From the NCBI GenBank assembly GCA_964199315.1, contig OZ116701.1, positions 14,508,001-14,572,000 on the forward strand: a stretch of DNA of 64,000 nucleotides, written 5' to 3'. A program made the position numbers and the translations under genes. Of this stretch, positions 1 to 11,759 are shown in pieces (within the stretch, counting starts at the first letter, position 1; every line of letters starts with the position of its first letter). Source of the stretch: Orbicella franksi (Eukaryota). The notes under the pieces are model-generated. The model saw only the letters and a program-made list of their open reading frames with translations. It searched no databases and had not been told where the DNA came from.

Positions 1-1485
1 TGAGGTATTCTATAGAGGATCCACACTGAGAGCATCCCTGTTTGTCAAACGAGCCCCACCAGTTTGCTGTTCTGCGTTGACTCCAACACAGATCCGCCGT
101 CAGTAGAGAGTGACCACGGAAAAAAGGAAAAATTTCATCTTGACTGTACAGTTGATCTCTTCATGACTATTGATCTCTTCATGACGTCATATATATTATC
201 ATGGCAACCTTCCACCAAACCTCATCAAACAAGGTTTAGGAATAGATTAACTGATTCTTAAGTTATCACAGAAGGAAAAAAGCAAAATTTTTTTGATTTT
301 CTGAAATTCTCACACTAAATATGAAAAATAAAGATCTACCAATTTCTGAAAATTCTATTTTTATACCTGTTTTACTTCAGGAGATATAAAGCAAAAAGTA
401 ATTTGAGAGTAGAACGGAAGGCGCTAGATTGGTGACACTTCATGTCAACTTCTTCTCGTCACCTAATTAGCAAACTTTGGCTGCAACGGACGGTGACCGC
501 AAGTTGAAAGTTCTCACCCCTGATGCCCACTCTTTTTGATCGGTACGGGTTGGTTTAAAATGCTAAAACGACGACTTTCCAGTTGATCCATTCGCGTCAA
601 AGTTCGCCAGAATTGTTTCCGATCCTTTTCCGGTTGCAGTCCGCGTCTAAAAAACGTCGCTGCTGGATTTCGCTAAATTAACGATTGCAAAACTACTATT
701 GATTTACGATAACGCAATGTACAGTTTTGTACAGGCACTATCAAGTCTACTTTCTGTAGTTCTTTCCGAAACCCAGAGCGACTGATCTTTTGATTCAAGT
801 GTTTTTATCAAGCCGTTATCATGTCCAAAAGCGTCAAAAGTCCCATTGGCCGATCTAGAAAAAGAAAAAAACGGAAAATTTCATTGCAGTCTCAGAAATG
901 TGATGAATCCCAAAAGAGTGTCTCAGATATTTGAGTTTTTCTCTTACTTTTTGAGTTAAAGCGTCTGCATTACAAATCTTGCTCAAAGCGCCACTTTGAA
1001 GTTAAAAAATTGATTAAGAAATAACGAAGCAATAAAATATACAAATCCCAGACACCCTTGTTTAGTTCAATATGTGCAGATCACGTTCGGATGAAAAGCA
1101 AAGGGTGTTGATTAAAAGCGTCGTCAAATAAACTCATCTTGCAAAACGTCTTAGCGTGGAAGAATAAACTCCCATTCTGTTTATAAATGGCCAAAATTGT
1201 AAAAATAAACTAGTTATCTGAAATCAGTGTCTATTGGGCTTTAAGAAAATGTATACTGTTGTAGGGATAGCGCGAATACTTTACACGCTCAGTTTGATTG
1301 AAAACGCAAATTTTGCTTCTGTGATACCTTAAGATAAAACAAAGCAAAGAAAAACCCCACACTCAATTTCTCGCACTGTACAGCTTAACAATGCCATCTT
1401 CCAAGGAACACACGCGCAATTACTATTAGGTTGTAGGTTTGAGTGATGCTTGAACATTGCAGTGAACACCACAAGCATGATTAAC

Positions 1486-1586
1486 AATTAGATTATGAAC
1501 TCGAGATTTCTATGAAGTGATAGTTGATGAGGCCGAAGGCCGAATCAACTATCACTTCATAGAAATCGAGAGCGAATAATCTAATT
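1486..1586. repeat. Short palindromic (hairpin) repeat, MITE-like
   Basis: Perfect 24-bp stem gatttctatgaagtgatagttgat (1505-1528) / atcaactatcacttcatagaaatc (1544-1567), plus outer aattagattat/ataatctaatt pair. Confidence 0.7.
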
Positions 1587-4500
1587 ATTTAAGTAGAATT
1601 CTTACTAAAATTTACTTCAAATAACGGTTTCCAATTATTTCTTGACGTATTATTAAACGTTGCGCCTGAAAAAGATCGCTTGGATTGAATTGTCATTTAA
1701 AATTGGAATTGTTTGCGCGCCCATCAGTTTTTTCAATAATTTCAACTTTTTTGAAAATCAAGAAACCATAAATGTCCTTTGTTTAGACCTCTCAGGAATC
1801 TCAAAATTTTCCTCCAAAACTTTGGAAAAACGTAAAAAACGGCGCCATTTCCTAGACGACCTCCAGCCATTGCACGCTAATGGTGATAATGTTCAATGGC
1901 TCAGCCAATCGGATTACAGCATTTGCATTAGTATACTAGAGGAATTCTACTAAAAACAAATACAGCAAGACCTATGGTGGTTATACAAGGAGGAAAAGTG
2001 GCTGTGATGTAAAGTTTGTTATAAAAGATTTTACGACTTGTAGTCCCCTCAAAGAATGAATTTAATTATGGTAATACCTGAAATCGAGCCTTCCTATTTC
2101 ATGGGCTAACACTTTTTGCGACTCGATCAATATTGTTACGTTTTCTTGCTATTCTTCAAAGCCAAGGTACATTTGTCTTCCCGAAAGGAGAAAATCCCAG
2201 TTGAACATGGATTGTAAGATGATGGATGCAAATTCGTAGCATGACCTAACTTTTGGTTTCCTTTTTTCGTTTTTATTTTCTTGGATGTATGGATAGTAGA
2301 ACTATCAAGGAATTACTAGCGGCCTTTCTGAGGACTCTTTAGTAATAATTCCAAGATGAAACTGTCTTCAATTGTTATTGTATGTTTTGTCATGATTATT
2401 GCGTGTTGTATCATGAACGCAACGAGTAGTTGAATAAACATAAGCTTATTAGACTGAACTAGCCTTTAACAAAATGATTGTATGTCTTGACTTCTTAACA
2501 CGCGAAGTAAAGAATTGTAGAACGGCCTGATGAAGGTAGCAACAACAGATTCTCTCGAAGGTTTTGATCCTTTCGCGTTTTACAAAAACATATTCAATGT
2601 CGTGGATGATTAATTTTACGCATGGTATCAAAAGGCTGAGAAAGCAAGAAAGAGAAAGAGAAAGTTGTATTTCACCTGGTAAAACAGCTGAAAAGCCGGA
2701 AGCCATTTAGAGTACAAAACTGGAGGTTGATCACAGATACTAATGCCAAAACTAAAGTCATTCCACGAAGATTTCTTTTTCTTTAGCAAAGTGATAAGCT
2801 CAAAGCGAACGCTAGTTTCTCCTTACCTTCCTTAATTAAAACGGTAAAATCTGAAAGCTTCGCCTCAACACTGTTTCAATATTTGTTAAATTATCAATCT
2901 TCATCTCTTAACTTGAGCTAGTTAAAGTCAATGACAAATTTGGAAGAAGAAATTTCCTCGATATGGAAAATGCCTGTCAAACTGTTTATTCTCAAGAACG
3001 ATTTATCATTTTCTGGAGGATTCCACTAAATATGAAAATATTATCGATCAAAATCGAAACAAGAGTTGAGGACACCGAACAAGATCTGTTAGCTCAGCTG
3101 CTAATAAAGAATAACTTGTAGAACATCATTTCTGACACTTCACTTTTTTTGTCTTGATTTTTCCTTTTCTTGGGCGCTAACTATCCATAGGGAAATCAAA
3201 TGAGAATGTTTGATCGTGGAACGAAAGCAAAAATTTTAAAAGACAAAACGGAAGCCCACCATACTTAAATTTGTCTCTTTACATTACAGAATGATTCCTG
3301 ATGTTAGGTTTAATTTACCTCTAAAGAAAATAAAAGAAAACATGCTTCATTTGCGAAAATTTAAATACAGTCTCTGTGATCAAAATTGTAATATAATTCT
3401 ATGCATAACCAAACGTCGACTCACGCAAACTTTTTCTGTAATTTTGATCTTCATAAACTTTTGAAGAAGGGAGTTAAGAAAAAATAACGTCCAGCTGGTT
3501 CTTTCATTCTTTTATGCTGTGTTGCCTGTATAGTGCTGAAAATCACCTTGTCGACTAAGGTCATCAAGCGGTAGGGTAGCTGAAATGACACTATCAACGT
3601 GATTTGACTATCTCACCTTGGCAGTGAAAAAAAAGCAAGAAATTGTTATGATATCCTGAATAGATAACTTTGCATGCAGTTCAAGAAAAATTTTAACTCC
3701 CACACTTCATATTGTCACCTCTCTACTAACATTTTACGCCTTCGACAGGTACACAAATTGATTCGATATTCCGAAGTCTTCCTTTAAACACACGGTAAAT
3801 ACCACAAAAATCCTATTAATTTAGTCATAAAAGTGCAAATGAGTAAAAAACGAATCCCCGTGCTCATCCTATGAATAAATAATTACTGTAAGTTTTGCGG
3901 TCAGTAAATTGCACTTTTATGAATTCATAATATAATAGGTAGTCTACATCGGATTTATTTTAGAATGCTTTTTTATATATATCACGACTTACCATAATAT
4001 TCATCATGTATTCTTATTATTTTTTCTTTCAAGTTTTCCCCCCGTGGCGTAGTGTTGAGTGAAAAATTTATGATAGGGTCGTATTGTTTCAATTCTGGTT
4101 TATTAATCTAAATCGCCCTTCTGACATGAGTATATTGAACTTGGTTACGGTTGTTACCTTATTATGTAGCTCCAAATGACAAGTCAAAACAAGTGTGGGA
4201 AATCCACAGTTTGGTCAGGTGCTCAACGAGCTAAAACAAATATTTTATGAAGTGATACTCTTTCGTGTCGCGGACCGCACACCTCATTCGCACTATCTTT
4301 ATCCCTCGGATTTGCAACGAGGCGGAGGGAATTCCACTCCCCTCAATTTGGTTGTTTTCTGACATAGGAACTTTCTGTTTCTAACGGAAGTTAAATACGC
4401 ACCTGATATCCCTAATAATAAGACAAAAACATATTCTTATGATGACAGCTGTGGTTACCTTTTCCTTCCACGAAGTTAAATGTCAGATTAAGATTTGTGA

Positions 4501-5212
4501 TACAACGCTTTTTACAAACAAATTTGTTGATGGTTGCCATGTTTAAATGTACGAAAACTACAACAATCAGGAATTCAACTTTATTTTTCCTGCCGATATA
4601 ATGGACTACAAATTTATTTTGTCTGTTGATCAGTAAATTTTGAATAGATTGAACCCATCATCTACTTCTTCTCAACTTATTCCTCGCACTCATCAAGTTC
4701 AGGTTCTAGATAGCACTAAATAGACCGATGATTAATGGAATGTCATACGATCTTAATAGGTAATAAACATCCCAAAACTAGATATTTACCAGATATCTAG
4801 AAATCCATAAGAGTAATTAGAAAAGTGAGAATGCTTTCAGAGAAACGCATTTTCCTGACTTCTTCAAGCGGAAACTTCTTTCAGTTCTATACAATGCCGA
4901 GCTTAAAACCTTCGACATTGTAGATTCTGCACAAACTAATTTACTTGACTCTAAGTGAAATACGTATATGAGAAGGAACGAAAACCATGGAAACGAAATT
5001 TTATTGAAATAAATTCGCCAGCTGTACAGTATATACGTACAATCGAAATCATCGGAAAAAGCGTAAATTCGCAAAAACATTATAAAAATAAAAATTTAAG
5101 ATGGGAAGGTACAATTAAGTAAGGCCGATCAGTCAGTCAGTCAGTCCGCTTGCCAGTCATCCGATTCATTTTTATAAATATCATCTTCATTTTCTCCAGA
5201 TGTTATGTTAAC

Positions 5213-5325
5213 CCTTTTCGCCGCAATTCCCTGAATATCTTTTTGCGCAGTCACAACAATGACTTCCTGGAAGATTGACACAAACAGTTCCATTCTTGCA
5301 AGGGTTGTTTGTGCATTCTTGACGT
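5213..5325 (-). pseudogene. Degenerate calcium-binding EGF exon
   Basis: Minus strand reads D-V-x-ECTNNPCKNGTVCVNLPGSHCCDCAK between an AG acceptor and a GT donor; small deletions break the frame at both ends. Confidence 0.6.
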
Positions 5326-5469
5326 CTGCCAAACAGCGTTTGAATCTCCGTCATTTATACAATTTTTTAAGATGATGACCCCATTTTTGATGATGTTTTG
5401 AGATCGAAGTAATTCTATGAGCTGGAGAGAAATAATGTAAAAACTCTTTTTCCTTGGCCATCGTAGCTT

Positions 5470-6009
5470 TAGAAGAAACAAAACACAAACCGCGGTGATA
5501 AACATGGAACCAAAACGCATGTTAAACAAAGTTAATTTCCTTGACGTTTCGTATGTAAAACATACATCTTCAGAAGTGACCGTTAACTAGATTACAATCG
5601 AAATCTAAACGCGAAGAGAAAGAAAAAGACTGGTATCTAATAATATGTAACAAGACTAATAGTTAATAACAAACAGATGAGTGAAAAAAAAAATTACCAT
5701 AATAATAACAACAATACAAAATGCTAGTAAAGAAAAAGTTTTTCACTGCCAACGTTTTCATTCAAGGCTGGCTTTAAATCACGAATTAACAATGTTTCCT
5801 TAATTTTACAATGTATATCTGACCTACCAGTTGCTAAGATATCAAAATTGTCCCATTTAATATTATGACCCGTGGAAGTAACGTGATCCGCAATGGCTGA
5901 GGTGTGACCGCTTTTAGCAAGGGCCTTAAAATGTTCCGTTTTTCTATCGTGTAGTCGACGCTTTGTTTTTCCTATATAAAAATCATCACAGTCCCAGCAG
6001 CTAGCCTTG
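5470..6009 (-). repeat. Inverted duplicate of the PLE 3' end (GIY-YIG C-terminus + 3' UTR/pLTR)
   Basis: Base-by-base reverse complement of 7745-8285 with a few differences; this copy keeps the unshifted end SEKLFLY*. Confidence 0.92.
5540..5576 (-). ncRNA. Minimal type I hammerhead ribozyme (inverted pLTR copy)
   Basis: CTT-CTGAAGA-T-GTATGT(ttt)ACATAC-GAAACGTC-AAG on the minus strand. Confidence 0.8.
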
Positions 6010-6056
6010 AAAAACTTGGAAAACTTGGAAAACTTGGAATACTACAGCTGTCAAAC

Positions 6057-8099
6057 TTGAATGACGATGATATCATCTTTAATTATTCGCATCGTGTCTT
6101 GACTGAGGCCGAAAAAAAGGTCTTGGCAAGAGGACTACGTTTCTGTCTGCCGCCGAAGGAGGTCGATACATATGATGTCAAATGTTCTTTTGAGCTACTT
6201 TTCCGCGATCTTAGTAGGCTTGGGCCCACTTTGACTAGCGAAAACCAGGACAGGTTGAAGAGTCAATTGAAAAATATTTCCTACAGCTACATCTACTCAT
6301 ATGATTTCTCTCGGCAGAAGCGCATTCTCACTAAAGAAGAGTGGACAGCCCTTAGTGATTTGCGCAGTGATGACAGTATCATAATAACGAAACCCGACAA
6401 AGGTAGCGGCGTTGTCATCGTCAATAAACTTGATTACCTCAATAAAATGAAACAGTTGATCTCCGATGAAACAAAATTTAAAAAGCTTACACAAAACCCG
6501 ACGAAGTCTAGAGAGGACAGTCTGATCTCCTATCTCCGTAAACTTAGAAGAGATGGTATCATTGATGAAGTTACGCTTCAGAGGATAATGCCTTCTGGTT
6601 CTACTCCTGGTGTCCTCTATGGTCTTCCCAAAGTTCATAAATCTGGCTGCCCTTTTCGTCCAATTGTTTCGTCTATTAACACTTATAATTACAATCTTGC
6701 CTCTTATTTGGTGCGTGTACTTCAACCTATCTCCACCAACCAGTTTACAGTGAAGGACTCTTTTAGTTTTGCTGAATGGGCCAAGATGTACAACCACAAC
6801 AACAAGTTTACGTGCTCTTTTGATGTTAGTTCATTGTTCATCAACGTTCCACTTGAAGAGACAATACAAATCTGTCTCGACAAATTATATGCCTTATCTG
6901 ATCCACCCAAGTTACCTCGCCCTGTTTTAAGGGATTTGCTTGTTTTTGCCACTAAGAAAAGCCATTTTGTGTTTGACGGCCAGTTTTTTGATCAAATTGA
7001 TGGTGTTGCTATGGGCTCCCCTTTGGGTCCTGTCTTGGCTAATATTTTTATGTGTCGTTTTGAGGAGAAGTGGGTGATGAATAACAGTGCTCGTCCTACC
7101 ATTTGGTTCAGATACTTTGACGACACCTTCACCTTATTTGACAATAAGGACGCTGCTGTTAAATTTCTCTCTTATCTCAACGACCGACATGTCAACATCA
7201 AATTTACCATTGAATTTGAACAGGATCACGAACTGCCATTCCTTGATGTTCTTGTCAAACGCCATAACAATTCATTCTCAACATCCATTTACCGTAAGAA
7301 AACTTTCACTGGCCTTTACACGAAATGGGACTCCTTCACACCTCGCAAGTACAAGATAAACCTCATCCGCACCCTTACTTATCGTTGTCTTCGCATCTGT
7401 TCATCGTCTTCATCATTACAGGCTGCCTTGGATGATCTCAGGAAGCTATTGTCACGCAATGGTTATCCCCATGGTATCATCACGTACAACATGAACGATG
7501 TAGTGAATAGACATCAAAACAAACCTAAAGACCCTATCACTACAGTTCCCAAGAGAGAAATCTTCATTGTTTTACCATTTTTAGGGTTCCAAAGTAAAGT
7601 AATTACCCAGCAACTTAAATCTTGTATCTATAAGTTTTATGGTTGTTTTAACGTTAAAATAATTTTCCGAAACACCCGCCGAATCAAATCTTTTTTCCCG
7701 TACAAGGACAGGTTCAGCCGTTCTCAGATGTCTAAGGTGGTTTACAAGGCTAGCTGCTGGGACTGTGATGATTTTTATATAGGAAAAACAAAGCGTCGAC
7801 TACACGATAGAAAAACGGAACATTTTAAGGCCCTTGCTAAAAGCGGTCACACCTCAACCATTGCGGATCACGTTACTTCCACGGGTCATAATATTAAATG
7901 GGACAATTTTGATATCTTAGCAACTGGTAGGTCAGATATACATTGTAAAATTAAGGAAACATTGTTAATTCGTGATTTAAAGCCAGCCTTGAATGAAAAC
8001 GTTGGCAGTGAAAAACTTTTCTTTACTAGCATTTTGTATTGTTATTATTATTATGGTAATTTTTTTTTTTCCACTCATCTGTTTGTTATTAACTATTAG
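6057..8099 (+). CDS. PLE reverse transcriptase + GIY-YIG endonuclease (5'-truncated; 1-nt deletion near the stop extends the ORF)
   Basis: Motifs KPDKGSGVV, YGLPKVHK, RPIVS, SFDVSSLF, GVAMGSPLGP, RYFDD, LPFLDV; GIY-YIG-type VVYKASC..C...YIGKTKRRLHDRKTEH. Confidence 0.93.
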   Translation: MNDDDIIFNYSHRVLTEAEKKVLARGLRFCLPPKEVDTYDVKCSFELLFRDLSRLGPTLTSENQDRLKSQLKNISYSYIYSYDFSRQKRILTKEEWTALSDLRSDDSIIITKPDKGSGVVIVNKLDYLNKMKQLISDETKFKKLTQNPTKSREDSLISYLRKLRRDGIIDEVTLQRIMPSGSTPGVLYGLPKVHKSGCPFRPIVSSINTYNYNLASYLVRVLQPISTNQFTVKDSFSFAEWAKMYNHNNKFTCSFDVSSLFINVPLEETIQICLDKLYALSDPPKLPRPVLRDLLVFATKKSHFVFDGQFFDQIDGVAMGSPLGPVLANIFMCRFEEKWVMNNSARPTIWFRYFDDTFTLFDNKDAAVKFLSYLNDRHVNIKFTIEFEQDHELPFLDVLVKRHNNSFSTSIYRKKTFTGLYTKWDSFTPRKYKINLIRTLTYRCLRICSSSSSLQAALDDLRKLLSRNGYPHGIITYNMNDVVNRHQNKPKDPITTVPKREIFIVLPFLGFQSKVITQQLKSCIYKFYGCFNVKIIFRNTRRIKSFFPYKDRFSRSQMSKVVYKASCWDCDDFYIGKTKRRLHDRKTEHFKALAKSGHTSTIADHVTSTGHNIKWDNFDILATGRSDIHCKIKETLLIRDLKPALNENVGSEKLFFTSILYCYYYYGNFFFSTHLFVINY

Positions 8100-8178
8100 T
8101 CTTGTTACATATTATTAGATACCAGTCTTTTTCTTTCTCTTCGCGTTTAGATTTCGATTGTAATCTAGTTAACGGTCA

Positions 8179-8215
8179 CTTCTGAAGATGTATGTTGTAC
8201 ATACGAAACGTCAAG
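8179..8215 (+). ncRNA. Minimal type I hammerhead ribozyme in the PLE 3' pLTR
   Basis: Stem I CTT/AAG, core CTGAAGA, stem II GTATGT/ACATAC, GAAA, palindromic ACGT in place of stem III, predicted cleavage after GUC (8212). Confidence 0.82.
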
Positions 8216-8857
8216 GAAATTAACTTTGTTTAACATGCGTTTTGGTTCCATGTTTATCACCGCGGTTTGTGTTTTGTTTCTTCTAGAGATAATGTAACTT
8301 CCTTACCGTCTCGTGTGACACACCCTCTAAGCCGCAAATTTCCAGGCGAGGGAGAATGCTTTCCACTTTTAACGAGAACGAAACGCCTGAAGAGATACTT
8401 GAATTTCCAATTCTAGCAGGAAATTGCCAAAAGAGAGAGAGTATCTATTTCTGTGGGTTCTGGAGCGTTTATGCACCTGTTAAGCAGCATAATAGGTACT
8501 TACGTGCCATAAGAAAACCTGATGTATGGTGGCATATGACAATTTCACGAGAAGATTTTCTAATTAACTCTGTGAAAGCAATCTTTTAGACTTAATCAAA
8601 GCCAATAACGGTTGACAAAAGTATTTAAATAGCTTAAGCTGAATATGCTCCTTTTTCAAATTAGAAGCCGGGAGATTTTTGGTGGAAAAAGGTCTCATCC
8701 TTGAAAATCCCGAAATATAGCAAAAGTATATTGATTTTGTGGTTATTTTTATGGTTTTCCCGTTTTAAAAGAAAGGAAGTAAAAGAAATTAAGGAAAAAG
8801 AAGGGCAGAAGTTATCGAATACATCGAGAAACGAAGATGGCGAAGTGTACGGGCGCA

Positions 8858-11660
8858 AGACTATTAGCCAGTGCGAATTTGGACCCCACCGGTCAAATTA
8901 CGATTAACATTCGTCATTTCCCACCACTGGAACTGAATTTGACTCTTACGGGGAGAGGGAGTGCTCGTTTCTTTATACATTTAGGTACTACAACTGTGAA
9001 GCTAATTGCAAAATTCACCGAAACGTTTTAAGCTGGTCAATATATGAGGTCATGAATTGAATTCATAACGTACAAGTAGGTTTGAAAAGACGCGACCATT
9101 TTTACCACGTGCGAATAATTTCAGGCTATAAAATAACACACTCAAAATAAATTTTGAGGGAAAGCTGCCTTTTATTGTTTATGCCATGCAAAAACTGTTT
9201 CCATACAATAGACGACTGGAACGTTTTCCATCTAAACCAACACCGACATGTAGCTAGCCAATACTGTATGGCGACTCTGCAAGAGAGAGCAGGAGAAGAA
9301 ACCTAAATGAGTTGTACTTACTATTCTACGATTGAGCTCCCCCGTTATTTCAGTTATCATTTTATTCACCAATGTAGTCACTTATTCATTAAGTTACTCG
9401 TGTTCTGTATTGCTTTCAACGTTTATCATTTGTTTCTGAAAGCGCTGGTCACAAGTTTATTTCGAGACAACAAACTTTGCAGCGGAGCATCACACTCTTC
9501 TTTCTCGTTTAGGTCCTTGTGACGTCATCTTTCAGTGGCGAAACGTTTCGGTGTAGAAGACTTGTTTTCATTATTCATTACTTCTTGCCTATTTCAATTT
9601 CGCTCACGTTAACGTTGCTATAAATGTACATCCAGTTTAACAGGCAAAACAAATTAATTTAATTTATCGGTTATACTGTTATATGCATGTAACCCGTGCA
9701 GACGGGAATTGCACGCGTCGACTTCAAGACGATTGCTAATCTGATTTTCTTCCTCATTACTCACGGATCGTTTCCAGAGACAATTCATCCCGTTTCAAAA
9801 CAAACAAACAATAAGACCATCCCCGCTTGTCAAACGAAATCCACCAATTTGCATATCTGCACGTCTGGCTGTAGCAGGTATTAGCCGTGAAAAAAATGAC
9901 CAACAAGGAGCGAAGAAATTCCATTCTGCTCTGAATGCGATTTCAGTTGTTTTACCTAGATAAAAGGTGCATTGATTATAAGAATGCGTTTGGCATTTAA
10001 AAGCATCAAAATCCATTGTAAGCGCAAATCGATTGTGGAGAAATCATGGAGCAACGTGATCAAAATGTACAGCTAAGAGAAAATATCTTCTCTCGGTGCA
10101 ACGTAGGCTACTTTAAAATTTAGTCATCGACCATAAGATATTCTCAAAATATTGAACACAAGGGGCTTCCCTATCCCCTTTGCCCCATAAAGGGACTCAC
10201 TTAGCTGCCACGTCTCAAGATAAATTTCAAGACTCGCGATGACCATTGCCCAATCAGGAAAAGAAGCGAAGCGCCAACATGCCAAAGAGGACGTTAGCTT
10301 AGAGTAATGTACACCTCATTGTTATATAGTAAGGTTTTTTTCCTCCCTTAGAATGCCAACGTCTAACAACTGAAAAAGTGCGCCTACTCCCTATCGATAA
10401 ATGCGGCCACAAAAGATTCTTCGGGTGACCTCAAAGCCCTTGGAGAAAGAGATCCCCTTTTAAACAAAAGTGCTGCAATCCAGTTTACATGCGAAAGAGG
10501 AAGTAAATTCCTGACTGTCAACGTCCGGCACCGGCTGCCCAGTGAGCATAGTTGTATTCTTTTTGTGGTCAATTTTGAGGTTACTTTAGAGGGTCAATTT
10601 CGAGTTCACTTGTATCAAGTCATTCAGATTTCGTTTGGATTACTTTAGGTTAAGCGCTCAAGTGGTATGCGTTTTAGAATAAGTAAGTCTTGTGAACAGT
10701 TACTGCATAGGAGTAACCTCGGAGTAACCTCGGAATAACCTCGGGAACTCGTGCTAAATATAAGTACAAACCTTGCTTCGATTCGCACCAAGGGTGTTCT
10801 GTACGAAGTGTTCATTTACAGATTGATTTATTTCAGATCAGAAAGGAAGATTGTCAATTTTTATGTAAATAACACCTGTGTGGCTCAGAAGCCAAGGCAG
10901 GTGAATAAATAGCCGACGAATTAATGATGCCAATTAACTCTCTTGCTTATTATTATGATCAATATTATCACGACTTAATGTAAGAATTTTTTGGGAATGA
11001 GACAATTTGATGCATGAAGCAGGGGCCTTCTTAAAGGTCAAATGCTGTTTCAGCTCTTCCTATCACCAAACTTCACAGAGGAACGCAGTTGGAATACTCA
11101 GATTATTCAAGTCATGAATGAAACGCTTAAACTAAAAACACAAGTTAAAGCAGTTGGAAAAATAGCTGAATTAATTAAGCTCATTACATGTAAGTTTCTA
11201 TCTTACACGTTGTCACAGGTGGATAAATAGGTAGAAAATAATGAAGCTAACCAGGTTTTACAAGTGTAACTTTTTTTACCTTTTTTTAATACTATCTTTT
11301 AATGATGAAAATTATTTGATGTTTTTATTAGAATAGGATCATCTGGAGGATTTTGAGGCGTGGTGATTTCTAAGCTGAAAAGATGCTTCGTAAACGTAAT
11401 CTCTCTCGAACCTTACGTGGTATGCATCCCAAAACAAGTCCCAATAGTGATGAATAACATGCAATCGGGAAAAATGTAGCTGTCTATATATATCACAAAG
11501 AATGGATAATTTTCTACCGATTTGGCTGTCAACAGCACTGCTACGTACCGTTTGAGATCACAGTAAGAGAGCAACGTAATACTAGAAAAGTTCGCTAAGT
11601 CACACCAGAAGGCGCAATTTTTTCTCAAGAATTCGTTTATTTTTCATTATATTCAAATCG
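8858..11660 (-). repeat. Segmental duplication copy A of the Cys-rich gene unit (internally deleted)
   Basis: Collinear with 11760-15830 (agactattagccagtgcgaattt at both starts); lacks about 0.9 kb covering most of the gene. Confidence 0.85.
9808..9924 (-). pseudogene. Truncated paralog of the small-lobe-like gene (signal peptide + start of repeat 1)
   Basis: MEFLRSLLVIFFTANTCYSQTCRYANWWISFDKRGWSYC, joined directly to downstream flank sequence. Confidence 0.8.
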
Positions 11661-11759
11661 ATTTTATTGATCTACTTTAAAAACAATCCCTTTGCACTTT
11701 GATTCACGCCATAACCTAGCCAATACTAAATGTTGAACGGCGAGCTTTAGGGAAAAAGC

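Larger units (their letters stand above)
5470..8285 (+). mobile_element. Penelope-like element (RT + GIY-YIG), 5'-truncated, preceded by an inverted copy of its own 3' end
   Basis: RT/GIY-YIG ORF; 5470-6009 is the reverse complement of 7745-8285; hammerhead motifs in both copies. Confidence 0.92.

Noticed and set aside
2356-2433. 25-aa signal-peptide-like ORF MKLSSIVIVCFVMIIACCIMNATSS
   Set aside because: Too short, with no mature peptide or supporting exon; cannot be supported without expression data.
11413-11628. ORFs in the duplicated upstream flank (also 15484-15720)
   Set aside because: Reading frame, start and length are not conserved between the paralogous copies.
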